From Minisyncoccota bacterium (GTDB lineage: Bacteria > Patescibacteriota > Microgenomatia > UBA1400 > PJMF01): a stretch of DNA of 64,000 nt. The stretch's first letter is position 1. Every line of letters starts with the position of its first letter. A program made the translations under genes and the position numbers. The DNA is taken from positions 48,604 to 112,603 of the forward strand of contig JAAYYE010000012.1 of the NCBI GenBank assembly GCA_012515515.1. The letters run 5' to 3'. The notes below the pieces were generated by a model, which was given only the letters and a program-made list of their open reading frames with translations, was not told where the DNA came from and did not search any database. Positions 53,183-63,531 of this stretch are shown in pieces.

Positions 53183-53872
53183 TCAAAGGATGATTTTCTT
53201 TAAAAGTTGATGATTTTGTGCCACTAATTTTGGATCAAATGGACCTTGCTCGCCAATTAACACTTTTAGTTGATGTTCTCCAGCCAGCTGTTGATAAAAA
53301 TCTAATTGAGTTTTTAAAATCTCTTTTGCCTCAGCCAAATTTTTCTTTCCATTATTGGTAAATTCGGCTAACCAGTCAGCGCTAATTAGATATTGGCCTA
53401 AATTATAGACTTCTTCACCACCAGCAATTGTAAAACAGACTTGGTTAGCTAAATGCATATTGTGAGGACGAACCATATGTCCTTTGACACTGCCTGCCAA
53501 TTCTTTTGGATCAGCAAAAGGCAAAATGCCCACATATTCTAGCTTTACCTGATCAGCCAGCGCTGCCAAATGTTGTTGCGCACTAGCATTGGTTTCATCC
53601 CAATCATTAAGTTTTAATTGCTGTTTAATCCAAGAATTTTCTTCGCTCGCAGCAATTTTTAATTTTTTATCTAATTGTTCTTTGGGTAAAGCATTATTAA
53701 GCACTTTTTGCAAAGATTTTACTACCTTGGAGAAATGTGGCAAACGAAAACCAGAGCCTAAAAAAGCAAAACGACGACCATGATTGAGCTGCACGCCTTC
53801 ATCGCCATCTGCAATGACTAAGGGCACTGGCTGATACTCGGCAGGTTCAACTGATCGACTGTTCTTGCTCAT
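53183..53872 (-). CDS. Hypothetical protein
   Basis: ORF only. Confidence 0.25.
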   Translation of the reverse strand: MSKNSRSVEPAEYQPVPLVIADGDEGVQLNHGRRFAFLGSGFRLPHFSKVVKSLQKVLNNALPKEQLDKKLKIAASEENSWIKQQLKLNDWDETNASAQQHLAALADQVKLEYVGILPFADPKELAGSVKGHMVRPHNMHLANQVCFTIAGGEEVYNLGQYLISADWLAEFTNNGKKNLAEAKEILKTQLDFYQQLAGEHQLKVLIGEQGPFDPKLVAQNHQLLKKIIL

Positions 53873-53891
53873 GAAACTCCTTTTATTAAAA

Positions 53892-54044
53892 TTATTGAGC
53901 CATAGCTTGTACTGAAGCTAAATATTGATACATCTCTTTTTCTACCTTTTCCCAATCACCATTTGCTTCACGAATTGCATTAAATAACAATTCCATGTCA
54001 ATTAGTAATTGGTCGTCAGTAACAATCATTCTTTGTTTTGCCAT
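53892..54044 (-). CDS. Small hypothetical protein (50 aa), below ORF-track length cutoff
   Basis: ATG at 54042-54044, TAA at 53892-53894; MAKQRMIVTDDQLLIDMELLFNAIREANGDWEKVEKEMYQYLASVQAMAQ; 19 nt upstream of next gene. Confidence 0.25.
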   Translation of the reverse strand: MAKQRMIVTDDQLLIDMELLFNAIREANGDWEKVEKEMYQYLASVQAMAQ

Positions 54045-54139
54045 AGACCTCTATTATATCATTAGTCGAGAAAAAAAGCTAGTAAAAAGCTTAATTTTTT
54101 ATTGAAATATCAAGATAATAAATCACCAGCAAGAATATT

Positions 54140-55249
54140 TTACTTGTAGGTAATCGGTAAATCTGTTTGCACAATAGAGAGGCTCATCCGACGTTGTTCT
54201 GGCACAACATTTTCCACATTGACAGTTACCTCATCACCGACTTTTAATTCTTTGCTAGGATCAAGCTTGGTTGAATGAATTAAACCATCAACGCCTTTTT
54301 CTACGTTGACAAATACACCAAATGCTTCAATTCTAGTCACTTTACCAGTAAAAGTGGTGCCAGCAGCATAGCGTTCAACCAAATTATTCCAAGGATCTTC
54401 ACCTAATTGCTTAATTGATAAATTAAGTTTGTTGGTTCTCTCATCAATGCCCAAGACTTTCACTTTGACTTTATCGCCGACTTTATGATAATCCTTGGGA
54501 TGATTGACTTTTTCCCAAGAAATTTCAGAAATGTGAATCAGTCCTTCTATATAACCAGTGCTATCTTTTTTATCTTCATCTTTTACGGGGACTTCGACAG
54601 TAACAAATAAGCCAAAGTGCATTACCCCAGAGACAATTCCTTCATAAATCGCGCCTTCTTGAACATTTTCCACTGCTAAGTCTTTTTGCGCCAATTCCTT
54701 GGCTTCGCTTACGTGACGTTCAGAAAAAATTAAACGATTTTTTTCGCGATCAACTTCAATCGCTTTAACTTTAAAAGCTTCGCCTTTCAGAGAAGAAATT
54801 TTTCCCATATATTGACGGCCAAATTGGCTAGAAGGTACAAAACCACGAACACCATTAACTAAAACAATTAAACCACCGCGATTCAATTCAATGCCTTTAG
54901 CCTCTAAATCAAGATCTTTGTCTAAAGCCTCTTCAAAATATTCCCATTTCGCGTCGGAAGCTGCTCCTTTGAGAGATAATAAGACTTGGCCATTATCGTA
55001 ATCGGTTGAAACAACTATGCCTTTAACTTCATCACCAACTTTTAACTCATCAATAAAATCACTGGCAAATTCAAATTCCTTATCTGCCACATAAGCTTCG
55101 GTCTTAGCTCCTAAATCAATTACTAAATTCTTTTTATTTTTTTCAACAATCACGCCAGTAACCGTATCTCCTTTTTGAGGAATTACTAGCTTATCTGCAT
55201 TAGCTTTTAAAAGCTCCTCCATCGTTATTTTTTTTGTACTATTCGCCAT
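54140..55249 (-). CDS. rpsA: 30S ribosomal protein S1 (4 S1 domains)
   Basis: Repeated S1 OB-fold blocks (G.V.G.V..I...G.FV); likely start MANSTKKITMEEL at 55249, ORF-track 5' extension to 55516 improbable. Confidence 0.8.
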   Translation of the reverse strand: MANSTKKITMEELLKANADKLVIPQKGDTVTGVIVEKNKKNLVIDLGAKTEAYVADKEFEFASDFIDELKVGDEVKGIVVSTDYDNGQVLLSLKGAASDAKWEYFEEALDKDLDLEAKGIELNRGGLIVLVNGVRGFVPSSQFGRQYMGKISSLKGEAFKVKAIEVDREKNRLIFSERHVSEAKELAQKDLAVENVQEGAIYEGIVSGVMHFGLFVTVEVPVKDEDKKDSTGYIEGLIHISEISWEKVNHPKDYHKVGDKVKVKVLGIDERTNKLNLSIKQLGEDPWNNLVERYAAGTTFTGKVTRIEAFGVFVNVEKGVDGLIHSTKLDPSKELKVGDEVTVNVENVVPEQRRMSLSIVQTDLPITYK

Positions 55250-55337
55250 ATCAAAATAGTTCCTTTCTTTTTGATCTGTGTATTGTAACACAAGTTTGCT
55301 GTTGTTTACTCTAGGAAAAGATGGCAAAATAGAGCTC

Positions 55338-56651
55338 ATGATTAACTGCCCAAAAATTAAAGATATTAAAAATAAACAAGTTTTAGTTAGAGTAGATTTT
55401 AATGTTCCACTCAAACTGGTCGCTGGTAAAGCCGGCAATAAAAATGCGGTGTGGCGGGTGGCCGACAGCGATAGAATCAGCAGCGCACTAGAAACGATTA
55501 ATTTTCTCTTAGACAATCAGGCTAAAGTTGTTTTAATTTCTCATTTGGGTCGAGCTGATGGTAAAAAGAATCATGATTTAAGTCTTTTGCCAGTCGCTAA
55601 ATTTTTAAAAAATAACTTAGATTTACCAGTTGAATTTGTTAATGATTGTGTCGGAGCAGATGTGGCAGAAAAAGCGCGAAATTTGCGCAGTGGCCAAGCT
55701 TTATTGTTAGAAAATCTACGTTTTTATCCTGGAGAAGAAAAAAATGATCCTCATTTTACAAAACAATTGCTTAAAGACAGCGCGGCTGAAATTTATATTA
55801 ATGAAGCATTTAGCGCTAGTCATCGGGCTCATGCCAGCACCGTTGGTTTAGCCAAGCGCTTGCCCAGTTTCGCTGGCTTCAATTTGCAACGAGAAGTTGA
55901 GCTTTTTAGTAAAGCCCTCAATGATATTAAAAGACCATTGGTGGTAGTGATGGGCGGAGCAAAAATCTCTGACAAAGTGGCAACCATGCAAAATCTAGCT
56001 CGTTTAGCCGATGTTGTCTTGGTCGGCGGCGGCATTGCCAACGCCATGCTCAGAGCTGGTGGCATTGAAACTCATCGCTCTTTTATTGGCGCCGACGAGG
56101 AAAAAGAACAAGAAGAAATTGGCAAAATTCTGCAAACAGCTAAAGATATTCTTGGTGAACATGCGCTAGAGCGAGTGTTGTTTGAAAACGTAGGTAAAGA
56201 TCGAAAAAATTTACCTTTACCAAAAATTGTCTTGCCTATTGATGTTTTAGCAGGCAAAGACAGCGAGGCTAAAGAGAGCGAACAAGTCGCCTTATTAAGT
56301 GATGTACTCGATACTGACAATGATCGCGATATTAAATATTTAGATATCGGGCCAGAAACAATTAGGCTTTATCGCTATATTCTGCAGGGAGCAAAAACTA
56401 TTGTCTGGAATGGCCCCATGGGAGTTTTTGAGAATCCAGTTTTTGCTAGGGGTAGTAGAGAGGTGGCGCGCGCGATAGCGCGCGCAAGCCAAGACGGCGC
56501 GATTTCGCTGGTTGGCGGTGGAGAAAGCAATAGCGTCATCAACCGAGCTGGGCTTTACAATCAATTTACTCATGTTTCTAGTGCCGGTGGGGCCGCTTTA
56601 GAATTTTTGAGTGGAGAAAAATTGCCAGGCATTGAGGTTTTAGAAAAATAA
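55338..56651 (+). CDS. pgk: Phosphoglycerate kinase
   Basis: RVDFNVP N-terminal motif, GGGASLE-like VGGGESNS/GGAALEFLSGEKLPGI; start MINCPK at 55338. Confidence 0.85.
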   Translation: MINCPKIKDIKNKQVLVRVDFNVPLKLVAGKAGNKNAVWRVADSDRISSALETINFLLDNQAKVVLISHLGRADGKKNHDLSLLPVAKFLKNNLDLPVEFVNDCVGADVAEKARNLRSGQALLLENLRFYPGEEKNDPHFTKQLLKDSAAEIYINEAFSASHRAHASTVGLAKRLPSFAGFNLQREVELFSKALNDIKRPLVVVMGGAKISDKVATMQNLARLADVVLVGGGIANAMLRAGGIETHRSFIGADEEKEQEEIGKILQTAKDILGEHALERVLFENVGKDRKNLPLPKIVLPIDVLAGKDSEAKESEQVALLSDVLDTDNDRDIKYLDIGPETIRLYRYILQGAKTIVWNGPMGVFENPVFARGSREVARAIARASQDGAISLVGGGESNSVINRAGLYNQFTHVSSAGGAALEFLSGEKLPGIEVLEK

Positions 56652-56652
56652 A

Positions 56653-58776
56653 TCAATAATTACTTTCGATTTCTTCTAAAATTAACAATTGATCCTTATT
56701 TTCAATTTGATCATATAAGTGATGTATCAGATAGAATTTTGCAGCGGCTTCCTGATCTAAGATATCAATCATTAAACTTTTAAAATCATCTAAGCGATTA
56801 GCCACAAAAAGCTTGGTGGTATTTTCTTTATACAAATACATATATTGACCAAAATTGCCAAGAACGTGAGGTGAAATATTTTTAAATTTTGAGAAAAATT
56901 CAAGAAAATTCTCCAAGTTGTCTTCCTCAAGAAATAAAGCTTGTTCGGTAAAAAAGACGTATTCATCAAATAAAAGAGCTTGCTGGTAAAAATAGCTAGC
57001 ATTCTCCCAATCATTGTTTTTATAAGCTTCTTGAGCCTTAGTAAAAATTTGTTTTGCTAGTTCAAGTTTTCGCCAATAATTTAAAAAATACTCATCTTCA
57101 AAAAAATTATTAGCTTTAATTATCTGTAATAATCGATCTAAAAGAACTCTGGCCTCCTCAACTTGCCAATCTTGAAAATCTACTTTTGTTAGATAACTGG
57201 CTGGATCTATTTCTGCTAAATTTAAATACAAATTCTTTTTAAACTGATAGTCTAATTCTCCATCTAAGTTTAAAAGACGAAAAACAAAACTAGTGTCATA
57301 ACGATATAAATCGTAGATAAGCGTGTAATTCTCAATCGTATTGACTGATTCAGTATAAGGAGCCTTCACAGCGCTGGCAATAAAAGGCGTATATTTCAGC
57401 CAATGTTTGGAGTTTTCTTTTTGCCAAGTGATTGTTAAAACATTGCTAATTGAGAAAAAACTACTCACTACAAGCAAAAAAACAGGATAAATTTGCCAAA
57501 ATTTAGATTTTGTTTCTTTAACAAGCTGATACTCTTGATCTACTAAAATATAGGCTAAATAAATTAAAGTTAACAAAAAAATGCCAAAAAAATGCCAATC
57601 AAAATCAAACAATGCGTTAAATAGTGAGCTACAAGCACCTAAATAAAGAAATTTATTGATGTTATTTTTTGATTTTTTAACTATTAGAAAACTTTTATAG
57701 TAAATGTAGAGAATTAATAAAATAAATAAGCCTCCACCCAAAACTCCCATTTCTGCTAAATTATGTAAAAAAATATTATGAGCATAAGAACTGTGTTGCT
57801 CCATTTTCGCTGGAAAACGATAGGAGGCGTCTTTAAATGTATTTAAACCATACCCAAAAACTGGATAATTTTTAAAAGTTAACCAGGCTTGGCGCCAATA
57901 AAACACACGACTATTCTCCGTGATTGATACGCACAAATCTTTTCGATAAAGTTTCAAAAAGCAATTTTTTTGATTATTGCTAGTGATGGGAAAAGATAAA
58001 AAAATAAAAATAAAAGAAACAAAAATAAATAGAAAAATTACACTTTTCACCAGAGAGAAAATGATTTTTTGTTGGCGAATTTTAGCAAAGCTTGATTTAT
58101 TCAGCAAAAAAATAATAATAAATTGCGCAAGGGCAATTAGTAAGCCTAAACGAGACAGACTAATTAGCACCAATAAATACGATGATAATAGTAAATAAAT
58201 CTCCAAATAAATCTTAAATTTTTGACCAAAGAGCTGAGATTTGGACGGATTTAATATTCTCCACCAGACCATTGGCAAAATTAATAATAAAAAAGCAACA
58301 TAATGATTATGACCGTAACTGCGAACCAGGAAATTCATCCCCTGAAAAGATAATCTGGAAACATCGAAAACTGTTAACAACAACACTAGAATGTTTAAGA
58401 TTGCGCTTAACAACAATAGATAATCAACAAAAAAATCAATTTTTAAAAATTTCTGTCCGCTTTTTAAAAAAAATAAAAAAATGCTGAAAGAAAAAAGATA
58501 AAATAAATATTTTTCTATGCTTAAGGGAATGTGGTGAGAAAAAATAAGGCTAATTAAAGCGATCAATAAAAACACAAAAGTTAAACAGATGATTTTCTTG
58601 TTTTTTTGTTCTTTAATATTATCAATGATTGTTGAAAAAAAATCCCTATAAATCAATAAAAAAATCGACCAAAGTAAAAATAAATAGAACTTATACTCTG
58701 TTTCCATCAGGAAAACTGATAATAAAAAAAGTAAAAAAAAGAATGGGTAAAAAAAATTAGCCAATAACTTCTTCAT
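56653..58776 (-). CDS. O-antigen ligase/polymerase-like (Wzy_C) membrane protein with C-terminal TPR-like repeats
   Basis: Multi-TM with SYAHNIFLHNLAEMGVLGG Wzy_C signature loop; C-terminal helical repeat region. Confidence 0.5.
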   Translation of the reverse strand: MKKLLANFFYPFFFLLFLLSVFLMETEYKFYLFLLWSIFLLIYRDFFSTIIDNIKEQKNKKIICLTFVFLLIALISLIFSHHIPLSIEKYLFYLFSFSIFLFFLKSGQKFLKIDFFVDYLLLLSAILNILVLLLTVFDVSRLSFQGMNFLVRSYGHNHYVAFLLLILPMVWWRILNPSKSQLFGQKFKIYLEIYLLLSSYLLVLISLSRLGLLIALAQFIIIFLLNKSSFAKIRQQKIIFSLVKSVIFLFIFVSFIFIFLSFPITSNNQKNCFLKLYRKDLCVSITENSRVFYWRQAWLTFKNYPVFGYGLNTFKDASYRFPAKMEQHSSYAHNIFLHNLAEMGVLGGGLFILLILYIYYKSFLIVKKSKNNINKFLYLGACSSLFNALFDFDWHFFGIFLLTLIYLAYILVDQEYQLVKETKSKFWQIYPVFLLVVSSFFSISNVLTITWQKENSKHWLKYTPFIASAVKAPYTESVNTIENYTLIYDLYRYDTSFVFRLLNLDGELDYQFKKNLYLNLAEIDPASYLTKVDFQDWQVEEARVLLDRLLQIIKANNFFEDEYFLNYWRKLELAKQIFTKAQEAYKNNDWENASYFYQQALLFDEYVFFTEQALFLEEDNLENFLEFFSKFKNISPHVLGNFGQYMYLYKENTTKLFVANRLDDFKSLMIDILDQEAAAKFYLIHHLYDQIENKDQLLILEEIESNY

Positions 58777-58887
58777 AATTTATTTTCAGCAGTATTCAAA
58801 TATCTAGTATGGCTGATGAGAAAAGCGATTGCAAATAGGATTTGAGGCATGCAAACAAAATTATTATATTTAAGATAAAATAAGGTA

Positions 58888-60015
58888 ATGATTTTGGTTA
58901 ATCAAGTTAAAATTCCAAAAAATGCTAAAAAATACTTAAATGATTGTGTAGAATCTACTTGGATATCTGGACAAGGTAGATACGTAGAAAAATTTGAAAA
59001 AGAGTTTGCTAAATTTATCGGTAAAAAATATGCTGTATCTACCAACTCTGGAACTAGTGCTCTTCATCTGGCTCTATTAGCCCTTGATATTAAAGCTGGA
59101 GACGAAGTAATTCTTCCAGCTTTAACAATTGGATCCTGTTATTTTGCCATTTGGCAAACAGGAGCTAAAGCGATACCAATAGATGTTCTACCAGATACCT
59201 ATAATATAAATCCCAGCCTAATAGAAAAAAACATCAATAATAAAACAAAAGCGATTATGCCCGTCCATTTGTATGGAGAGGCTTGTGAAATGGATAGCAT
59301 TTTGAAGATTGCTAAAAAATATCGTCTAAAAGTTGTTGAAGATGCAGCTGAAGCACATGGGGCAATTTATAAAAATAAAAAATTAGGTAGCTTTGGTGAT
59401 CTGGCCTGTTTCAGTTTTTACGCCAATAAACTTATAACTACCGGTGAAGGAGGGGCTGTCCTAACAAATAATAAAAAGATGTATGAAAAGATGCAAAGAT
59501 TAAAAAATTTAAATTTTTCGCAACAAAAACGCTTTGTTCATCAGGGCATTGGCTATAAATATGAATTAAGTAATCTCGAAGCAGCCTTGGGTCTAGCTTC
59601 TTTAGAGGAAGTTGAGCAAAACCTGTCTTTGAAGGCACAAATGGCTAATTATTATGATGACCAGTTAAAGGATATTCCAGGAATAATAACACCTGTTAAA
59701 AGAGCTTACACTAAATCTAGTTACTGGATGTATGCTATTTTAGTTAAAAAAGAACAATTTGGGGTCAGCAAAAAAGAATTAATGAAAATCCTACTAAATA
59801 AATATGATATTCAAACTAGAGAGTTTTTTTATCCTCCACAAATTGCTTTCAAAAAAATGAATTTATATATCAATGATAATTTTCCAGTTGCCGAAAAACT
59901 AAGTGCCGAGGGTTTGTATCTTCCATCTGGACTGGGTAATACTAAGGAAGATTTCCAAAAGGTAGTAGCAGCTATTAAACAAATACACGCCGATGCTAAA
60001 AGAAAAATTTATTGA
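58888..60015 (+). CDS. DegT/DnrJ/EryC1/StrS-family PLP-dependent sugar aminotransferase
   Basis: STNSGTSALHLALLAL, active-site lysine region FSFYANKLITTGEGG. Confidence 0.8.
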   Translation: MILVNQVKIPKNAKKYLNDCVESTWISGQGRYVEKFEKEFAKFIGKKYAVSTNSGTSALHLALLALDIKAGDEVILPALTIGSCYFAIWQTGAKAIPIDVLPDTYNINPSLIEKNINNKTKAIMPVHLYGEACEMDSILKIAKKYRLKVVEDAAEAHGAIYKNKKLGSFGDLACFSFYANKLITTGEGGAVLTNNKKMYEKMQRLKNLNFSQQKRFVHQGIGYKYELSNLEAALGLASLEEVEQNLSLKAQMANYYDDQLKDIPGIITPVKRAYTKSSYWMYAILVKKEQFGVSKKELMKILLNKYDIQTREFFYPPQIAFKKMNLYINDNFPVAEKLSAEGLYLPSGLGNTKEDFQKVVAAIKQIHADAKRKIY

Positions 60016-60412
60016 AAGAATTAATTATCGTGGGAAAGAATTTGCTTTTATTGTAAGAGCAAATTATCCAGTGGACAGCATCGAATTCTTCTCTGAAAAA
60101 GAAGATTTCTTACAAGTTGGTTTTCATAACAAAAAAAAAGGTGAAAAATTAAAAGCTCACTACCACCAATTCAAAAATCATAAAATTACTAGCTTGCAAG
60201 AAGTTTTATTTATTGTTAAAGGTAAAGTTAAAGTTTACTTTTATACAAAAAAAGGAATATTGATTCAAACAGAAGTATTGAATAAAGGAGACATACTTTT
60301 CCAAAGAAATTTAGGTCATGGTTTTGAATTGTTAGAAGATGCAGAGATTTTTGAGGTTAAACAGGGTCCATTTTTTGGTAAAGAACATAAAAAATTTTTT
60401 GACGTTCAATAA
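59993..60412 (+). CDS. Cupin-fold protein, WxcM/FdtA-like sugar ketoisomerase candidate
   Basis: Small beta-barrel with HYH/H residues (KAHYHQFKNH); sits in sugar-modification cluster; overlaps upstream gene. Confidence 0.35.
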   Translation: MLKEKFIERINYRGKEFAFIVRANYPVDSIEFFSEKEDFLQVGFHNKKKGEKLKAHYHQFKNHKITSLQEVLFIVKGKVKVYFYTKKGILIQTEVLNKGDILFQRNLGHGFELLEDAEIFEVKQGPFFGKEHKKFFDVQ

Positions 60413-60415
60413 TTT

Positions 60416-61117
60416 TTATGATTTATAGCGCAATTCCCAAGCAGTTTTTAGGTAACTAACAAGCATTTTAACCAAATTTGATTTACTTTGGCCATATTTT
60501 CTACGCTGATAATAAACAGGCACCTCAACTATCTTAAAGTTGTTTTTGTTAGCCAAATACACTAAACGCAAGTGATACTCCCCATATCCCTGGAAAATTT
60601 CTTCTAAAGGCAATTTATTTGCCAATTTTTTTTTGATGACATAGTAACCACTTGCATTGTCAGTTAAAGGAAAAGCGAAAATTATTCTTAATATCATATT
60701 AAACAAATAAGTTGAAAAATAACGAAATTTATTCTGCATACCGCCTCCCTTAATGAAGCGTGAAGCAACTACAACATCTGAATCATTAATTTCTTGAATT
60801 AAATTATTGATAATATTGGGGTCATGATTAAAATCTGCATCCATTCCAACAATTAATTCCCCTTTTGCTTTTTTCCAGCCCAATAGAATTGACTTTGCTA
60901 ATCCCTTTGGAGGATGATTTAAAAAAAGTTTAACTTTTTTGTTATTTTTTTCGATTTTCCTTAAGACCTCAATTGTTCCATCTTGACTATGATCATCTAT
61001 GACAATTATTTCGTAGTTATATTTAAATAATTTTTTTGACAAAACTGACACAAGTGAGGATATATTTTCTTTTTCATTGTAGGTAGGAATTACAATACTA
61101 ATTAATTTATCAGTCAT
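60416..61117 (-). CDS. Glycosyltransferase family 2 (polyprenyl-phosphate sugar synthase, DPM1/ArnC-like)
   Basis: ISIVIPTYNE, DDHSQDG (DxD) GT-A motifs. Confidence 0.75.
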   Translation of the reverse strand: MTDKLISIVIPTYNEKENISSLVSVLSKKLFKYNYEIIVIDDHSQDGTIEVLRKIEKNNKKVKLFLNHPPKGLAKSILLGWKKAKGELIVGMDADFNHDPNIINNLIQEINDSDVVVASRFIKGGGMQNKFRYFSTYLFNMILRIIFAFPLTDNASGYYVIKKKLANKLPLEEIFQGYGEYHLRLVYLANKNNFKIVEVPVYYQRRKYGQSKSNLVKMLVSYLKTAWELRYKS

Positions 61118-61844
61118 TTTTCCTTGCTAAAACCATTATGCTTGAACCAATCGGCCAAGTCTTTATATACTTTAAGAGAAATGCTTCAATTTTTATTAAA
61201 AATAATAAAAATTTGTTAATAACATTTGGCAGTTTAGAAACTACAGACTTAGATTCCCTTTTACTAAATTTTAAAAACAATCTTTGTAAAACAAAAAATG
61301 GAAAAGTAAAAAAATAAATATAAGAAGATTTAACAATAGAAAAATTATTTTTTTCTAGTAATTGCTCTATCTCCCGCTTAGTAAATCTTTTTTTAGCCAT
61401 CATTTGCTCATCGTGAGCACTCCAAAAAAATGGTAAAGCACAATCTGAAAGCAAAAGATAAGCATCTTTCTTCAGCAAACGCCTAACTTCTTTTAAAACC
61501 AATGCTTCTTCAACATCTTTATGATATAAAACATCAAATATCGTTATTAAATCAAATTTATCTTTTTGTATTGGAATTTTTTCAACAGACGACTCGATCA
61601 CTTGAACATCGTTTTTTTTACAAAAAGCGATTGACGTCTGGTTTGATTCGACTCCTAAAACTTTTCCATATCTTTCTAAAAATTTTGTCATCCCTCCTGT
61701 GCCGCAGCCCAAGTCTAAAATTGACGACTTGGTGTCAGAAAAGTTAATGCTGCTTAAAAAAGAACTAGCAAACAGTCTTTTGCCCAAAAACCACCAATGT
61801 TCGTTTTCTAAAACAAACATTGTTTTATATTCGATTTCTTCCAT
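61110..61844 (-). CDS. Class I SAM-dependent methyltransferase
   Basis: ILDLGCGTG motif I. Confidence 0.7.
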   Translation of the reverse strand: MEEIEYKTMFVLENEHWWFLGKRLFASSFLSSINFSDTKSSILDLGCGTGGMTKFLERYGKVLGVESNQTSIAFCKKNDVQVIESSVEKIPIQKDKFDLITIFDVLYHKDVEEALVLKEVRRLLKKDAYLLLSDCALPFFWSAHDEQMMAKKRFTKREIEQLLEKNNFSIVKSSYIYFFTFPFFVLQRLFLKFSKRESKSVVSKLPNVINKFLLFLIKIEAFLLKYIKTWPIGSSIMVLARKND

Positions 61845-61848
61845 CTTT

Positions 61849-63483
61849 TTATCTTGATATATTTTTTAAATTTTTTACTAAATAAACTTTAACAAGAAAT
61901 GGTGAGTCTTCCTCATACAACAATTCTTCCTCGATAACAAATTGGTTTGGACTACTTGATTCTGCGGCAATAGTAGATAAATCAAATAGAAAATCTGCCA
62001 CACAATCATTATCTTCGCCAGAACAAACTAGATAATAATAGTCAAATTTTAAATATTTCAAATTTCCAGAATAATTATTTGTGTTCTGATAGCTGGCAAT
62101 CAAATCGTTGGTGTAAAAGTATGTTTTGTTTATAAAATGATCAATTTTTTCACCTTGCCATTTCTGTGACCACAGATTTGACATCGCACTGTTACCATCT
62201 CTTGACATCTGACCCAAGTTGCTAAATATCAAGGTTCTGCTTCGTGGAATTCCGTTTGCATTTAGTGAGTTGAGAATTAACTGTGAAATGTTCTGATTGT
62301 TGAATGTTGAGTCAATATTTTTATACCTTAAAAGACGAAACGAGGCAAGTAAATTAATAGATGAAGTAAATAAGAAAAAAGAAATTAGTAGATAAAAAAT
62401 AAATTTTTCTTTAAAACCATTAAGCTTTTTATTTTCAGCCAATAATAAAAGAAGCCAGATTAAAAAAACTAAAGCTAAAACATCAAAACGATGATATGCT
62501 CCTAAAAAAGAAAGATTTTTTAATAACAAAGTACAAAATATAATCCATATTAACAAAAATGGAGAAGTAAAGGGCTTTATATAAGAAGTTCTTTTTTTAT
62601 TTTTTCTAAAAATAAAAAAAATAACTAATAGAAAAAAAACTAAAAATATTAGCAAATATTCCTTATGACTAACAAAAAACAATAAATAAAAACTCCTAAA
62701 AATTACATTAAAGTGATCAAAGATTCCAAAAAAATTAAAGGTCTGATTCTCGGACAAATCAAACAAAGATTGAAAAGAAATAAATTGATTTTGCGCTTCA
62801 AAAATCAATAAAGGTAAATAAACAATCAGAAAGTTTACAAATAAAGTTAATAGGCTGCAAAGAATGCTTTCAAGGCGATTAAACCGAATACTTTCTTTAA
62901 AAAAGTAGAATGAATTGTAAAAAATTATTGGAAAAACAAATATTGGCGAAGGATAAATCGCTAAAGCAATAAAAAAGAATAACTGACCAATAAGTAAATA
63001 AGTTATTTTCTCCTTTTTTAGAGCTAAAGTCCCAAATAAAAGGGCCAAAGACGAGAAAAAAAATATTGGATTAGGATGCCATATTTGTCGACTTATATAG
63101 TTTATGTGATAATGCCAAACAGAAAAAAATATAAAAATTAACAAAGAGCTTAATTTACTATTAGTTAACAAATAAATAAAATAAGTAAATATAAAAATTG
63201 TTAAAACTCCTAACAAAGCATAAAAGAAGCTTATAAATAAAATATTTCCGCTAATTGAATAAATACTTGCTAAAAGATAAAGATAAGTTGGCGGAATAAA
63301 GAAATCTTCCATCCCAACCGCCGGACCAACAAGGGGCAATTCTTTATTCTGATTGATTAATCTAGCAGCTTCTAGTTCATAACCACTATCATGAACCATA
63401 AAATTATTTTTAAGATTGAAAAACCTAAAATAAGAAGCCAACAAGAAAAACAACGACAATACTATAATAAATATTTTTTTCAT
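61849..63483 (-). CDS. Polytopic membrane protein, GT-C-like (ArnT/PMT-related) candidate
   Basis: More than 10 TM helices, N-terminal loop with HDSGYELEAARL, large C-terminal soluble domain. Confidence 0.35.
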   Translation of the reverse strand: MKKIFIIVLSLFFLLASYFRFFNLKNNFMVHDSGYELEAARLINQNKELPLVGPAVGMEDFFIPPTYLYLLASIYSISGNILFISFFYALLGVLTIFIFTYFIYLLTNSKLSSLLIFIFFSVWHYHINYISRQIWHPNPIFFFSSLALLFGTLALKKEKITYLLIGQLFFFIALAIYPSPIFVFPIIFYNSFYFFKESIRFNRLESILCSLLTLFVNFLIVYLPLLIFEAQNQFISFQSLFDLSENQTFNFFGIFDHFNVIFRSFYLLFFVSHKEYLLIFLVFFLLVIFFIFRKNKKRTSYIKPFTSPFLLIWIIFCTLLLKNLSFLGAYHRFDVLALVFLIWLLLLLAENKKLNGFKEKFIFYLLISFFLFTSSINLLASFRLLRYKNIDSTFNNQNISQLILNSLNANGIPRSRTLIFSNLGQMSRDGNSAMSNLWSQKWQGEKIDHFINKTYFYTNDLIASYQNTNNYSGNLKYLKFDYYYLVCSGEDNDCVADFLFDLSTIAAESSSPNQFVIEEELLYEEDSPFLVKVYLVKNLKNISR

Positions 63484-63531
63484 CTTATTTTTAAGTTAAG
63501 AATTAAGTAATTTTATTGTAAACTAGAGTTC

